A DNA stretch of 32,000 nucleotides, taken from an uncultured bacterium. GTDB lineage: Bacteria; Margulisbacteria; WOR-1; CAVSGV01. Positions 1-13,063 of the stretch are shown piece by piece. Position 1 is the first letter of the stretch, and each line of letters opens with the position of its first letter. The stretch covers positions 1,590,001 to 1,622,000 of the forward strand of contig OY969425.1 in NCBI GenBank assembly GCA_963699255.1, in the 5' to 3' direction. A program made the position numbers and the translations under genes. A model generated the notes under the pieces. It did no database searches and was not told where the DNA came from. It saw nothing but the letters and a program-made list of their open reading frames with translations.

Positions 1-896
1 TAATATTCGCCCTCGTTTTTTTAAGAACCTTCGGCATCAAATTAAGGCCGAACGAAACGCTCCCGCTTATAGGTATACTTTACGGCGGAGCCCTCATTAC
101 CTTCCTTGGTCTTATTGATGATCTGAGCGGGATCCCCGCTCTGTGGAAACTGGCTGGACAGGTGATCGCCTCCGGCATTGCCGTTTATTTCGGAGCCCAG
201 ATACTTTTTGTTTCCACGCCTTTTACAAGGGTCATGATGCTGGGCGTGTGGGCAGTACCTGTTACCATCGTATGGATGACCGCCATGACGAACGCGATAA
301 ACCTTATTGACGGTCTGGATGGGCTTGCTTCCGGCATAACATTGATAGCGGGCGCAACGCTGTTCGCGGTGTCGATAAAAATGGGCCAGTATGATTCGGC
401 CATCCTTCTTGCCGCTTTGGCCGGCACGGCGGCCGGGTTCTTGAGATATAATTTCTTCCCCGCCTCGATATTTTTGGGAGATTCCGGAAGCCTGTTCTTC
501 GGCTTCATGCTCGCGTGCGCTTCCATCGTCGGTGTGCTGAAAAGCACCCTTGTCATCGCCCTTGTGATCCCGATAGTGGTGCTCGGCATTCCCATATACG
601 ACACGGCTACGGCGGTAATAAGAAGGGCGATAACTGGACGCCCTATCTTTGAAGCTGACAAAAAACATCTTCATCACAGGCTCATGAAAGCGGGATTTAA
701 CCAGAGACAGGTCGTGATCATGATCTATATAGCGTGCCTGATATTGAGCGTGGCCGCGCTCGCGGCCGCGGTCTTTGATAATTATCCCACGCTCATATTC
801 CTGACGATATTCGTTGTGCTGGGGATCCTGGCCCTTGATTTTGCGAAAGAGATCCTCAGGAACATGGCGTTCTTTAACGGAGGCAGCAAAAAGTGA
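1..896 (+). CDS. wecA: UDP-GlcNAc:undecaprenyl-phosphate GlcNAc-1-phosphate transferase (WecA/TagO, MraY-type family), 5' end outside the window
   Basis: Frame 3 is open from the window edge; track ORF 162..896 is only the first internal Met. Upstream translation ...LIDDLSGIPALWKLAGQ... runs into NAINLIDGLDGLASG and HLHHRLMKAGF, both typical of WecA/TagO. The profile is polytopic and hydrophobic. Stop TGA 894-896 overlaps the next gene. Confidence 0.8.
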   Translation, partial: IFALVFLRTFGIKLRPNETLPLIGILYGGALITFLGLIDDLSGIPALWKLAGQVIASGIAVYFGAQILFVSTPFTRVMMLGVWAVPVTIVWMTAMTNAINLIDGLDGLASGITLIAGATLFAVSIKMGQYDSAILLAALAGTAAGFLRYNFFPASIFLGDSGSLFFGFMLACASIVGVLKSTLVIALVIPIVVLGIPIYDTATAVIRRAITGRPIFEADKKHLHHRLMKAGFNQRQVVIMIYIACLILSVAALAAAVFDNYPTLIFLTIFVVLGILALDFAKEILRNMAFFNGGSKK

Positions 897-2077
897 TGCA
901 CAAGAAAAGGATATTATTCGTGTTCGGCACGCGGCCTGAAGCGATAAAAATGGCCCCCGTGATCTCCGAAGCAAAAAAACATCCGGACCTTTTTAATCCA
1001 GTTGTTGTCGTGACGGGGCAGCACAGGGAAATGCTTGACCAGGTATTAAAAGTATTCCATGTAAAGCCTGATTATGACCTGATGATAATGGAACACGAGC
1101 AGACGATATCTTCGGTCGTTTGCAAGTGCCTCCAGGGGCTTGAAGATGTCGTGATAAGGGAGCGCCCTGACATCATCCTTGTCCAGGGGGACACGTCCAC
1201 CACGTTCGCGTCGTCGCTTGCGGCTTTTTACCAGCACGTGCCGCTGGGACATGTTGAAGCTGGGTTAAGGACGGGAAAGAAGTATTACCCCTTTCCGGAA
1301 GAAATGAACAGGCGGCTTACGAGCGTCGTCGCCGATATACACTTTGCCCCCACACAGACGGCGGTGGGGAATTTGCTGTCGGAGGGTATCAACAAATCGG
1401 CGATCTATCTGACCGGCAACACGGTCATTGACGCGCTCCAGCAGGTCGCGAAGAAAGAATTCAACCTGAAACACGCCGGTGTAAGCGTCAGGGAAAAAGG
1501 CAAGAAACTCATCCTGGTCACGGTGCACAGGCGCGAGAGTTTCGGAGCTCCTCTTAGGAACATCTGCGAAGCGATCCGGAAGATAGCGATAAAGCACAGG
1601 GAGATAGCCACGGTGATACTGCCGGTGCACAAAAACCCGATGGTTTCGGGCACCGTACATGACATATTGGGTAACGCCGCCAATGTGCAGCTGATAGATC
1701 CGCTTGATTACGAGCCTTTCGTTCATCTGATGAAGATATCACACCTTATTTTGACCGATTCGGGCGGGATACAGGAAGAAGCCCCCTCCCTTGGGAAGCC
1801 CGTTCTTGTGCTGCGCGAGGAGACGGAACGTCCCGAAGCCGTCATGGCCAATACGGTTAAAGTGGTAGGGACGAACACGGATAACATAGTGAGCGAAGTC
1901 GAGAAGCTGTTGTCCGGCGGCGATGAATATCAGAAAATGTCAAAAGCTGTGAACCCTTACGGGGACGGCAATGCTTCCAAGCGAATTATTTCCGCGCTGC
2001 TGCATTATTTCGGGTTCACCGATATGCGCCCGGAGGAATTTGACGCGTCCAAGATCGTCGCGGCAAAGATAAAATGA
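893..2077 (+). CDS. wecB: UDP-N-acetylglucosamine 2-epimerase (non-hydrolysing)
   Basis: 394 aa. Full-length resemblance to WecB/MnaA: ILFVFGTRPEAIKMAPV, VTGQHREMLDQVL, HVEAGLRT, DSGGIQEEAPSLGKPVLVLRE. Start is GTG 893 or ATG 896, overlapping the wecA stop. Confidence 0.92.
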   Translation: MMHKKRILFVFGTRPEAIKMAPVISEAKKHPDLFNPVVVVTGQHREMLDQVLKVFHVKPDYDLMIMEHEQTISSVVCKCLQGLEDVVIRERPDIILVQGDTSTTFASSLAAFYQHVPLGHVEAGLRTGKKYYPFPEEMNRRLTSVVADIHFAPTQTAVGNLLSEGINKSAIYLTGNTVIDALQQVAKKEFNLKHAGVSVREKGKKLILVTVHRRESFGAPLRNICEAIRKIAIKHREIATVILPVHKNPMVSGTVHDILGNAANVQLIDPLDYEPFVHLMKISHLILTDSGGIQEEAPSLGKPVLVLREETERPEAVMANTVKVVGTNTDNIVSEVEKLLSGGDEYQKMSKAVNPYGDGNASKRIISALLHYFGFTDMRPEEFDASKIVAAKIK

Positions 2078-2262
2078 TAGATTATTTGAAATATTTTAAT
2101 CTCGGGATGATGGCCGTCGCCCCCGCTGTGATCGGGCTTTTGATGGGCGTGCTGCTCGATAAGGCATTTAAGGTCTTTCCGTTGTTCACCGTTATATTTC
2201 TTTTGCTCGGTATTTTATCCGGGCTTTGGAGCCTTTATAAATCCGTTAAAACTTTAATGTAG
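2074..2262 (+). CDS. atpZ: AtpZ/AtpI-like small membrane protein of the F-ATPase operon
   Basis: 62 aa with two hydrophobic helices (GLLMGVLLDKAFKVFPLFTVIFLLLGILSG). It sits immediately 5' of atpB. Its ATG shares an ATGA overlap with the wecB stop. Confidence 0.55.
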   Translation: MIDYLKYFNLGMMAVAPAVIGLLMGVLLDKAFKVFPLFTVIFLLLGILSGLWSLYKSVKTLM

Positions 2263-2273
2263 GGAGGATCTCT

Positions 2274-2948
2274 TTGGAACCGGTCCATATAGGCGTTCAT
2301 CCGTTGTGGCACCTTTACGGCTGGACTTTCCATTCCGACACGCTCATATCGGCCTGGATAGTATCGGCCGTACTGATAGCGTTCGCCATATTTATAAGGG
2401 CGGTAATAAAGATCAGGCCGGGACTTCTCCAGAGCACGGTCGAGCTGGGGGCCGAAAACCTGAACGGCATGTTGGTAGAGCGGATCGGAGAAAAAGGGAG
2501 GAAGTATTTCCCTTATGTGGCGACGCTTTTTCTTTTCATATTGACCTCGAACTGGCTCGGGATACTGCCTCTTGATCTAAAGCCCCCTACCGCGGACCTG
2601 AACACGACGGCCGGCCTTGCTATCCTTACGATAATCCTTGTCCAGGTCTTCGGAATGATAGAAAAGGGGCCTATAATGTACTTCAAGAGGTTCTTTGAGC
2701 CAAACCCGGTCTTCTTTCCGCTGAACGTGATCGAGGAGCTCGCGAAACCGCTCTCCCTGGCGGTCAGGCTCTTTGGAAATATTTTTGGAAAGGAAACGAT
2801 TATTGTGATATTATCAGGACTGGTCGCCCTTCCTTTGTTCTACCCGATACCGATACTGGCTTTGAGCCTGCTTATTGGGGCGATACAGGCCTATATTTTC
2901 ATGCTTCTGACGATATTTTACATATCAATGGCATTGGAAGGCCATTAA
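2274..2948 (+). CDS. atpB: F0F1 ATP synthase subunit a
   Basis: 224 aa with a TTG start. Polytopic, with LSLAVRLFGNIFGKE (conserved Arg helix) and LIGAIQAYIFMLLTIFYIS. Operon position fits. Confidence 0.9.
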   Translation: MEPVHIGVHPLWHLYGWTFHSDTLISAWIVSAVLIAFAIFIRAVIKIRPGLLQSTVELGAENLNGMLVERIGEKGRKYFPYVATLFLFILTSNWLGILPLDLKPPTADLNTTAGLAILTIILVQVFGMIEKGPIMYFKRFFEPNPVFFPLNVIEELAKPLSLAVRLFGNIFGKETIIVILSGLVALPLFYPIPILALSLLIGAIQAYIFMLLTIFYISMALEGH

Positions 2949-2977
2949 GTATGAAGTGAGATACTCTACTTCATACT
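2948..2977 (+). promoter_or_regulatory. Intercistronic stem-loop between atpB and atpE
   Basis: AGTATGAAGT (2948-2957) pairs perfectly with ACTTCATACT (2968-2977) around a 10-nt loop. It starts at the last base of the atpB stop codon (TAA 2946-2948) and lies 20 nt 5' of the atpE ATG. Confidence 0.5.
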
Positions 2978-2996
2978 AAAGAAAGGGGGAAATTAA

Positions 2997-3236
2997 ATGA
3001 ACATACAGATGATCTCTGTTCTCGGCGCGGCTTTCGGGCTTGCCATCGTGGCTTTTGCTTCAGCGCTTGCCCAGGGATTCGCGACCGGAAAGGCTGTGGA
3101 AGGGATATCCCGCCAGCCGGAAGCAAGGGGCCCGATCATGTCGGCGCTTATTATCGGGATGTCCTTTATCGAATCGCTGACCCTGTACGCGCTGCTTGTC
3201 GCGATCATATTAATATTTGTGAACCCGTTTAAGTAG
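2997..3236 (+). CDS. atpE: F0F1 ATP synthase subunit c
   Basis: 79 aa helical hairpin with the RQPE loop motif and carboxylate E59 in IESLTLY. RBS AAAGGGGGAA lies upstream. Confidence 0.95.
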   Translation: MNIQMISVLGAAFGLAIVAFASALAQGFATGKAVEGISRQPEARGPIMSALIIGMSFIESLTLYALLVAIILIFVNPFK

Positions 3237-3246
3237 GAGGAGCTAA

Positions 3247-3314
3247 GGAACCTGCGACTAAAAGTCGCGGTTCCTGTTTGATTGCTGGAACCGAGGCTTT
3301 CAGCCTCAGGTTCC
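3247..3314 (+). promoter_or_regulatory. Two tandem stem-loops sharing the same GGAACC/GGTTCC base, between atpE and atpF
   Basis: Hairpin 1 (3247-3274): GGAACC-T-GCGAC TAAAA GTCGC GGTTCC, followed by TGTTTGATT. Hairpin 2 (3287-3314): GGAACCGAGGC TTTCA GCCTC-A-GGTTCC, ending 9 nt before the atpF ATG. The shared outer arms allow alternative pairings. Confidence 0.5.
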
Positions 3315-3323
3315 TATAAAATT

Positions 3324-3803
3324 ATGTTAAACATTAACGGAACTCTTGTAGCTATAGTCATTAACTTCATCATACTGGTCTATGTACTTAAGTATTTTCT
3401 GTACGAACCTGTCATGAAAATGCTCGAGGAGAGAAAGGCTTATGTGGATAAGACCCTGTCGGAAGCGGACGCTAAAATGAACGCGGCCAAAGCTTTTATC
3501 GAGGATGGCAGGGCAGCTGTGGACAAGGCGAATGTCACGGCAAAGGAGATCATCGAGCAGGCCTCCCAGGCGACCGAAAAGATGAAGAAGGAATCCATGG
3601 TCCAGGCGAAAAATGACATCGAGGAACACAAAGAAAGGGCCAAGAACGAGATAAGGCAGCTTAAGCTGGAGGCGAAGAAATCCATCGTGAACGAAGCGGC
3701 CCGGCTTTCCGTGATCATCGCCGAAAAGATCATCCGCAAGAAGATCGACAGGAGAACGCAGAAGGCCATGACGGATAATGTGATCGAAAGGATGAAGATA
3801 TAA
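3324..3803 (+). CDS. atpF: F0F1 ATP synthase subunit b
   Basis: The ORF is open from TTG 3282. ATG 3324 gives the typical b-subunit N-terminus (MLNINGTLVAIVINFIILVYVLKYFLYEPVMKMLEERKAY) followed by a long charged helix. The extra 14 codons lie inside hairpin 2. Confidence 0.85.
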   Translation: MLNINGTLVAIVINFIILVYVLKYFLYEPVMKMLEERKAYVDKTLSEADAKMNAAKAFIEDGRAAVDKANVTAKEIIEQASQATEKMKKESMVQAKNDIEEHKERAKNEIRQLKLEAKKSIVNEAARLSVIIAEKIIRKKIDRRTQKAMTDNVIERMKI

Positions 3804-3804
3804 A

Positions 3805-4314
3805 GTGATAGCCAGGCGTTATGCGAGAGCTTTGCTGGAGCTGTCCCTTAAGGAGGGCTCAAGCCCGTCTCTCAGGAAAGAAATGATTTCCATTGGCAAT
3901 CTGATGAAACAGAAAAAGTATTTCAATTTTTTCACCGACAGGATGGTCCATGCCGGCGAAAAACTTGAAGTCTTCAGGTCATTCAGCCCTTTGACCAGGG
4001 ATTTCCTCAGGCTGGTAATTGCAAATAAACGCGAGGAATACCTTCGCATCATTTCCGGGGAATATGTGGAGCTTTTGAACAGCAGGAACAATGTTATCGA
4101 CGGCATCGTTTCTTCAAAGGTGCCGCTCAGCGCGGAGCAGAAAAGCAAGCTCATGAACAAACTTGAAAAAAAGCTGGCCAAAAAGGTCAATCTTAGTTTC
4201 AGGACCGACAGCAAGATCATCGGCGGCTTACGCATAAGATACGGCACGAAGGTGATCGACGGGACCGTTTCACGAATGCTTAACGGTATGCTGGAGAGGC
4301 TTACGGGGAGATAG
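3805..4314 (+). CDS. atpH: F0F1 ATP synthase subunit delta (OSCP)
   Basis: 169 aa with a GTG start one nt after the atpF stop. N-terminus [13 protein letters not shown] and C-terminus [20 protein letters not shown] are typical of delta/OSCP. Confidence 0.85.
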   Translation: MIARRYARALLELSLKEGSSPSLRKEMISIGNLMKQKKYFNFFTDRMVHAGEKLEVFRSFSPLTRDFLRLVIANKREEYLRIISGEYVELLNSRNNVIDGIVSSKVPLSAEQKSKLMNKLEKKLAKKVNLSFRTDSKIIGGLRIRYGTKVIDGTVSRMLNGMLERLTGR

Positions 4315-4315
4315 A

Positions 4316-5820
4316 ATGGCAAGAGAAGAGATAAGCAAATTACTGCAAAGGAAAATTGAATCCTATAGAAGCGTCCCGCACGAAGAGGAGTTCGGAGAAG
4401 TCGTTTCTTCCGGGGACGGGATCGCGATAATAACCGGGCTTTCCGGCGCTAAAGTATCGGAGATCCTGGAGTTCGAGGGGGGCACAAAAGGCATTGTACT
4501 TAACCTGATGGAGGATCATATCGGCTGCGTCATCATGGGTGACATTGATAAAGTAACGGAAGGGCTGGAAGTTAAATGCACCGGCAATATCGCCGAAGTC
4601 CCCGTGGGCGAAGGCTTTCTGGGAAGGGTGGTCAACCCGCTCGGCGAGCCCCTTGACGGCAAGGGCGCGGTATCTTCAGATGAAAAAAGGAGCATAGAAT
4701 TCCTTGCGCCTTCCGTTATTGACAGACAGCCCGTAAGGGAGCCGCTCCAGACGGGTATAAAGGCGATAGACTCAATGATACCCATCGGAAGAGGCCAGAG
4801 GGAGCTTATCATAGGGGACAGGCAGACGGGGAAGACGGCGATAATCATAGATACGATAATCAACCAGAAGAAAGAGAACGTTAAGTGCGTCTACGTTGCC
4901 ATCGGGCAGAAAATGTCAACGATAGCTTCCGTATACGAGGTCCTGGAGGACGCGGGCGCGATGGAATACACGACGATCATTGCCGCTCCCGCCGATACAT
5001 CCGCGTCCCTGCAGTATCTTGCGCCGTATTCCGGCTGCGCGATGGGCGAACATTATATGTATAAAGGCGAGGACGCACTTGTAATATACGATGACCTTTC
5101 AAAGCACGCCGTGGCTTACAGGCAGCTTTCCCTTCTGCTCAAGCGCCCGCCCGGCAGAGAAGCGTATCCGGGCGATATTTTTTATCTTCATTCCAGGCTG
5201 CTTGAGAGAGCCGCGAAACTGTCCGATGCCATGGGCGGGGGCTCGCTTACGGCTTTGCCGATCGTGGAAACCCTCGCGGGGGATATTTCCGCTTATATTC
5301 CGACGAACATAATATCCATAACGGACGGGCAGATATACCTTGAAAGCGAACTTTTCTACGCGGGCATCCGCCCCGCGATAAACGTCGGGCTTTCGGTATC
5401 AAGGGTGGGAGGCGCCGCCCAGATACAAGCGATGAAACAGGTGGCTTCACGTCTCAAGCTTGACCTTGCGCAATACAGGGAGCTTGCGGCCTTCGCGCAG
5501 TTCTCATCCGAGCTTGACCAGGCGACAAGGAACCAGCTAATAATGGGGCAGCGGCTTACGGAGATCCTGAAACAGGGCCAGTTCGCGCCGATGGACGTGG
5601 CCGAACAGGTCGCCGTGATATTCATCGGCGTGAGAGGATACCTTGATGACCTGAAGGAGGACGACGTGAGTAAATTCGAATCAGGGTTCAAGGCGTATCT
5701 TAACGCCAATTGTTACAAGACACTTGCCGATATCAGGAACAAAAAAATGATAAGCGAGGGATCCGAGGCGGAACTGACGGATGCCGTGGGGAAATATAAG
5801 AATATTTTCAGGAGCAAATA

Positions 5821-5821
<1 letters not shown>
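4316..5821 (+). CDS. atpA: F0F1 ATP synthase subunit alpha
   Basis: 501 aa. Walker [11 protein letters not shown], plus [43 protein letters not shown]. Confidence 0.97.
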
Positions 5822-8479
<2,658 letters not shown>

Positions 8480-9757
8480 ATGAGAAAAGCTCTGGTGACT
8501 GGCGGAAAGAGGCTCAGCGGTACAGTGGCGATATCCGGTTCAAAGAACGCGGCGCTGCCGATACTCGCGGCTTCGATACTTCTTCACGGCGAGACTACGA
8601 TCACAAATGTTCCCAATCTCCTTGACGTCATCTCCATGATAAGGATCCTTCGCGCGCTCGGTCTCAGGGCGGAATACTTCGAGCCCGATACCGTGAAAAT
8701 TTTCACGAACGGCTCCGTCAAACACGTTGCGCCGTATGAACTCGTGACAAAGATGAGGGCGTCATTTTTCATCATCGGGCCCATTCTCGCGAGAATGGGA
8801 CTGGCGAAAGTCCCGCTTCCCGGAGGCTGCAACATAGGATCGCGCCCCGTCAATCTGCACATAAAAGGACTTGAGGCGCTCGGAGCGCATGTCGGAATGG
8901 AACACGGCTTCGTGATAGTGAAAGCGAACAAGCTTAAAGGGGCGAAGATATATCTTGATTTCCCGTCGGTCGGGGCGACCGAAACGATAATGATGGCGGC
9001 CACTTATTCCGAAGGGGAGACCATTATTGAGAACGCGGCCCAGGAGCCGGAGATCGCCGACCTCGCGGCTTTCCTGAACAAATGCGGCGCCCGTATCGAA
9101 GGCGCCGGCAAAGAGACAATAAAGATATCAGGGGTTGGGAGGTTAAAAGGCGCCGACTATAAAGTAATGCCCGACAGGATAGAGGCCTGCACCCTGATGG
9201 TGGCCGGAGCCATCACTAAAGGCGATATTACTTTGAGCGGCGTAGTCGAGCAGCATATCGAGCCGGTCATAAGAAAGCTTCAGGATGCCGGAGTGGAAGT
9301 GACGGTGTCCGGGGATCAGGTCAGGATAAGAGTAAAGGACGGCATAAGGTCCACCGATGTAAAGACTATGCCTTATCCCGGGTTCCCCACCGATGTGCAG
9401 CCTCAGTTCACTTCTCTCATGAGCCTGGCAAGCGGCACGTCCGTCATGACGGAAACGGTATTTGAGAACAGGTTCATGCACGTGCACGAGCTTAAGAGGA
9501 TGGGAGCGGACATCCGGATCGAGGGACAGAGCGCGATAATAAAGGGAGTGAAAAAGCTTTCGGGATGCCCGGTCAGGGCGTCGGACCTGAGGGCGGGCGC
9601 GGCGCTTGTGCTTGCCGGACTCGCGGCCGAAGGCGAAACCCTGGTTGATGACGTTGAGAGATTCATTGAAAGAGGTTATGAGGACCTTATCGGTAAGCTG
9701 AATTCACTCGGCGGCGGTTTGCAGGAGATAAATGGAAGCAATCATCAACAATCTTAG
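8480..9757 (+). CDS. murA: UDP-N-acetylglucosamine 1-carboxyvinyltransferase
   Basis: 425 aa. ISGSKNAALPILAASIL, the active-site loop PGGCNIGSRPVNLH, and YPGFPTDVQPQF. It starts directly after the atpC stop. Confidence 0.95.
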   Translation: MRKALVTGGKRLSGTVAISGSKNAALPILAASILLHGETTITNVPNLLDVISMIRILRALGLRAEYFEPDTVKIFTNGSVKHVAPYELVTKMRASFFIIGPILARMGLAKVPLPGGCNIGSRPVNLHIKGLEALGAHVGMEHGFVIVKANKLKGAKIYLDFPSVGATETIMMAATYSEGETIIENAAQEPEIADLAAFLNKCGARIEGAGKETIKISGVGRLKGADYKVMPDRIEACTLMVAGAITKGDITLSGVVEQHIEPVIRKLQDAGVEVTVSGDQVRIRVKDGIRSTDVKTMPYPGFPTDVQPQFTSLMSLASGTSVMTETVFENRFMHVHELKRMGADIRIEGQSAIIKGVKKLSGCPVRASDLRAGAALVLAGLAAEGETLVDDVERFIERGYEDLIGKLNSLGGGLQEINGSNHQQS

Positions 9758-10157
9758 CGGAGCAAAGGTCGATCTTTCTTTGATCAAAATGCTGGCAAAG
9801 CGCGTAAGCCTGCCCGCCTGTCTGCCGACAGGCAAGACCGGCAGGCAGGCAAAAAGAAAGTGGAAGGTAAGCATCAGTCTTGTTTCCAGGAGCGCGATGA
9901 AAGATCTGAACAGAACATACAGGAAAAAGAACAAGCCGACGGACGTGCTTTCGTTCAACATGAACGAAGGGGAACTTCTGGGTGATGTGGTTATCTGCCC
10001 TTCTGTCGCAAGGCAGAATGCAAAAAAATACGGGGTATCCCCCCGGTCGGAGGTGGCCCGGCTGGTCACGCACGGACTTCTTCATCTGCTGGGGTACGAT
10101 CACGGCAAGAAAATGTTCGATCTGCAGGAAAGGATCATAGGAGGTTTATATGCCTAG
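9732..10157 (+). CDS. ybeY: rRNA maturation endoribonuclease YbeY
   Basis: 141 aa. KPTDVLSF plus the zinc motif HGLLHLLGYDH. GGAG lies 5 nt upstream of ATG 9732. Overlaps the murA 3' end by 26 nt. Confidence 0.9.
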   Translation: MEAIINNLSGAKVDLSLIKMLAKRVSLPACLPTGKTGRQAKRKWKVSISLVSRSAMKDLNRTYRKKNKPTDVLSFNMNEGELLGDVVICPSVARQNAKKYGVSPRSEVARLVTHGLLHLLGYDHGKKMFDLQERIIGGLYA

Positions 10158-10506
10158 ACGTTTTATTCAGAGCCTGGGTTATGCAAGGAGAGGCGTTCGT
10201 CATGCCGTGGTAACGCAGCGGAATATCAGGATCCATCTTGTCATGGCCGCGCTGGTTTTCGCTTTCGGCGTTTGCTTAAAGCTCAGCGATTTTGAACTTG
10301 TGGCTCTGGTACTTGCCATCAGTTTTGTCCTCATGGCGGAGATGGTCAATACCTCGATCGAGGAAGTCGTGAACCTTCTGACACCCAGGAAAAAGCTTCC
10401 GGCCAAAATAGCGAAGGATGTCGCCGCGGGGGCGGTGCTTTTTTCGTCGATCTGTGCTATAATCGTCGGCTGTTTGATTTTCATCCCTCATCTAATTAGG
10501 AGATAA
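10150..10506 (+). CDS. dgkA: Diacylglycerol/undecaprenol kinase (DgkA family)
   Basis: 118 aa with three TM helices. RNIRIHL, MAEMVNTSIEEVVN and AKDVAAGAVL are typical of the prokaryotic DAGK family. Overlaps ybeY by 8 nt. Confidence 0.85.
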   Translation: MPRRFIQSLGYARRGVRHAVVTQRNIRIHLVMAALVFAFGVCLKLSDFELVALVLAISFVLMAEMVNTSIEEVVNLLTPRKKLPAKIAKDVAAGAVLFSSICAIIVGCLIFIPHLIRR

Positions 10507-10514
10507 TCTTGTAG

Positions 10515-12161
<1,647 letters not shown>

Positions 12162-12204
12162 GCCGGGGATCCGCCTCGAATGGCCTCAACATCACAAGAA
12201 AATA

Positions 12205-12951
12205 TTAAATTGAATGCTCAAAACGGTGATGGGGCTGCTTGCAGTTAGCCTCTAATAACTTGACCAGCTTATCTATGTTTTTATTGAGTGTAATCCTTTT
12301 TATCGGGTAGATGCTGCCGCAGGACTTTATTGCATTTGAAATGTTAAAGAATTTAGCGGCAGTACTCGCGCTCAGGTAAAAAGGCTCAATGCCGGCCTTG
12401 GCAAGAACGTATGACATCAAAAGCATCCCTGTTCTTTGATGCCCGTCAGTGAACAATTTCGAGTCATTCACGATCTTTGTGTAAAGGCCCGCGGCAAGAA
12501 CAAACGGCGATAGATCGGTATCTTGGGCTTGCGCGGAGAACCATTCCCAGGTCGGGCGTATATGATTGTAGAACTTTTGCTGATAGCTTTGTTTGATCTC
12601 GTGGTAGTCCATTAATAGTCCTATCTCTTTCGATTCCTTCGCTGAACCGAACGAAATGCCGCACATGCATATGTCGTTGAGATCAAGAATGTCTTTCGGC
12701 TTAAGATATGGATTCTTGATGATAATATTTAAATATTCGTAAGCATAATTATAGTTTCTGTATTCAAGATCAGAAAGCGGCATCTTTATTGTGCCTGTGA
12801 TCCTGCGGTTGATCCTTGAGTTCGGTTTTGCTATCCCGCGCTGAACCCCGAACAAAGACTCGTCGAGTTTTGCCAAGTCTACTGACATGGCCCTCTTCCT
12901 ATGTTGATACATGATCGGTGGAAGTATTTTATCTGTATTAATTTTATTCAT
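12205..12951 (-). CDS. Fic/DOC-fold protein with a degenerate catalytic motif
   Basis: 248 aa, and the only CDS on this strand in its neighbourhood, within visibly AT-richer sequence. Residues 165-190 (KLFTDGHQRTGMLLMSYVLAKAGIEP) align with the Fic core HPFxDGNGRxxRLLMNxxLxxAGYPP. The start is uncertain: ATG 12951 lacks a Shine-Dalgarno sequence, while ATG 12888 (M22) follows GGAAGAGG. Confidence 0.55.
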   Translation of the reverse strand: MNKINTDKILPPIMYQHRKRAMSVDLAKLDESLFGVQRGIAKPNSRINRRITGTIKMPLSDLEYRNYNYAYEYLNIIIKNPYLKPKDILDLNDICMCGISFGSAKESKEIGLLMDYHEIKQSYQQKFYNHIRPTWEWFSAQAQDTDLSPFVLAAGLYTKIVNDSKLFTDGHQRTGMLLMSYVLAKAGIEPFYLSASTAAKFFNISNAIKSCGSIYPIKRITLNKNIDKLVKLLEANCKQPHHRFEHSI

Positions 12952-13063
12952 ACCGAACGATTATCGTTAGATCTATTTGAAAATTTCACTCAAACGCGGT
13001 ATTTTACATCCCGTAAATCCCGATTTAATAAAAGCGTAACATTGATATGTAAAAATAGGCGCC

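Noticed and set aside
42-974. 310-aa minus-strand ORF (the longest unassigned ORF at the left edge), plus ORF 185..661 (-)
   Set aside because: It lies antisense to the well-supported wecA/wecB reading frames. Its composition is Arg/Gly/His-rich and low-complexity, typical of a shadow ORF. It has no recognisable motifs or RBS.
3282-3323. TTG 3282 as the atpF start (track ORF start)
   Set aside because: The extra 14 codons (MLEPRLSASGSYKI) lie within the second intercistronic hairpin, lack an RBS, and are not b-subunit-like. ATG 3324 gives the typical N-terminal membrane anchor.
9795-9850. GC-rich palindromic stretch (GCCTGTCTGCCGACAGGC flanked by CCTGCC...GGCAGG) inside ybeY, considered as an inserted REP element or regulatory hairpin
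   Set aside because: The ybeY frame stays open. The resulting N-terminal length is within the normal range for YbeY proteins. The sequence does not resemble the GGAACC/CCGAGGC hairpin family seen elsewhere. There is no evidence beyond the local symmetry.
13004-13057. TTACA ... TAACA (33 nt apart) upstream of the flavodoxin-like gene as additional Pho boxes
   Set aside because: The two intervening repeat positions are degenerate (TAAAT, TTAAT) in generally AT-rich sequence, so chance occurrence is likely. It may still be worth testing if a Pho-box model is built.
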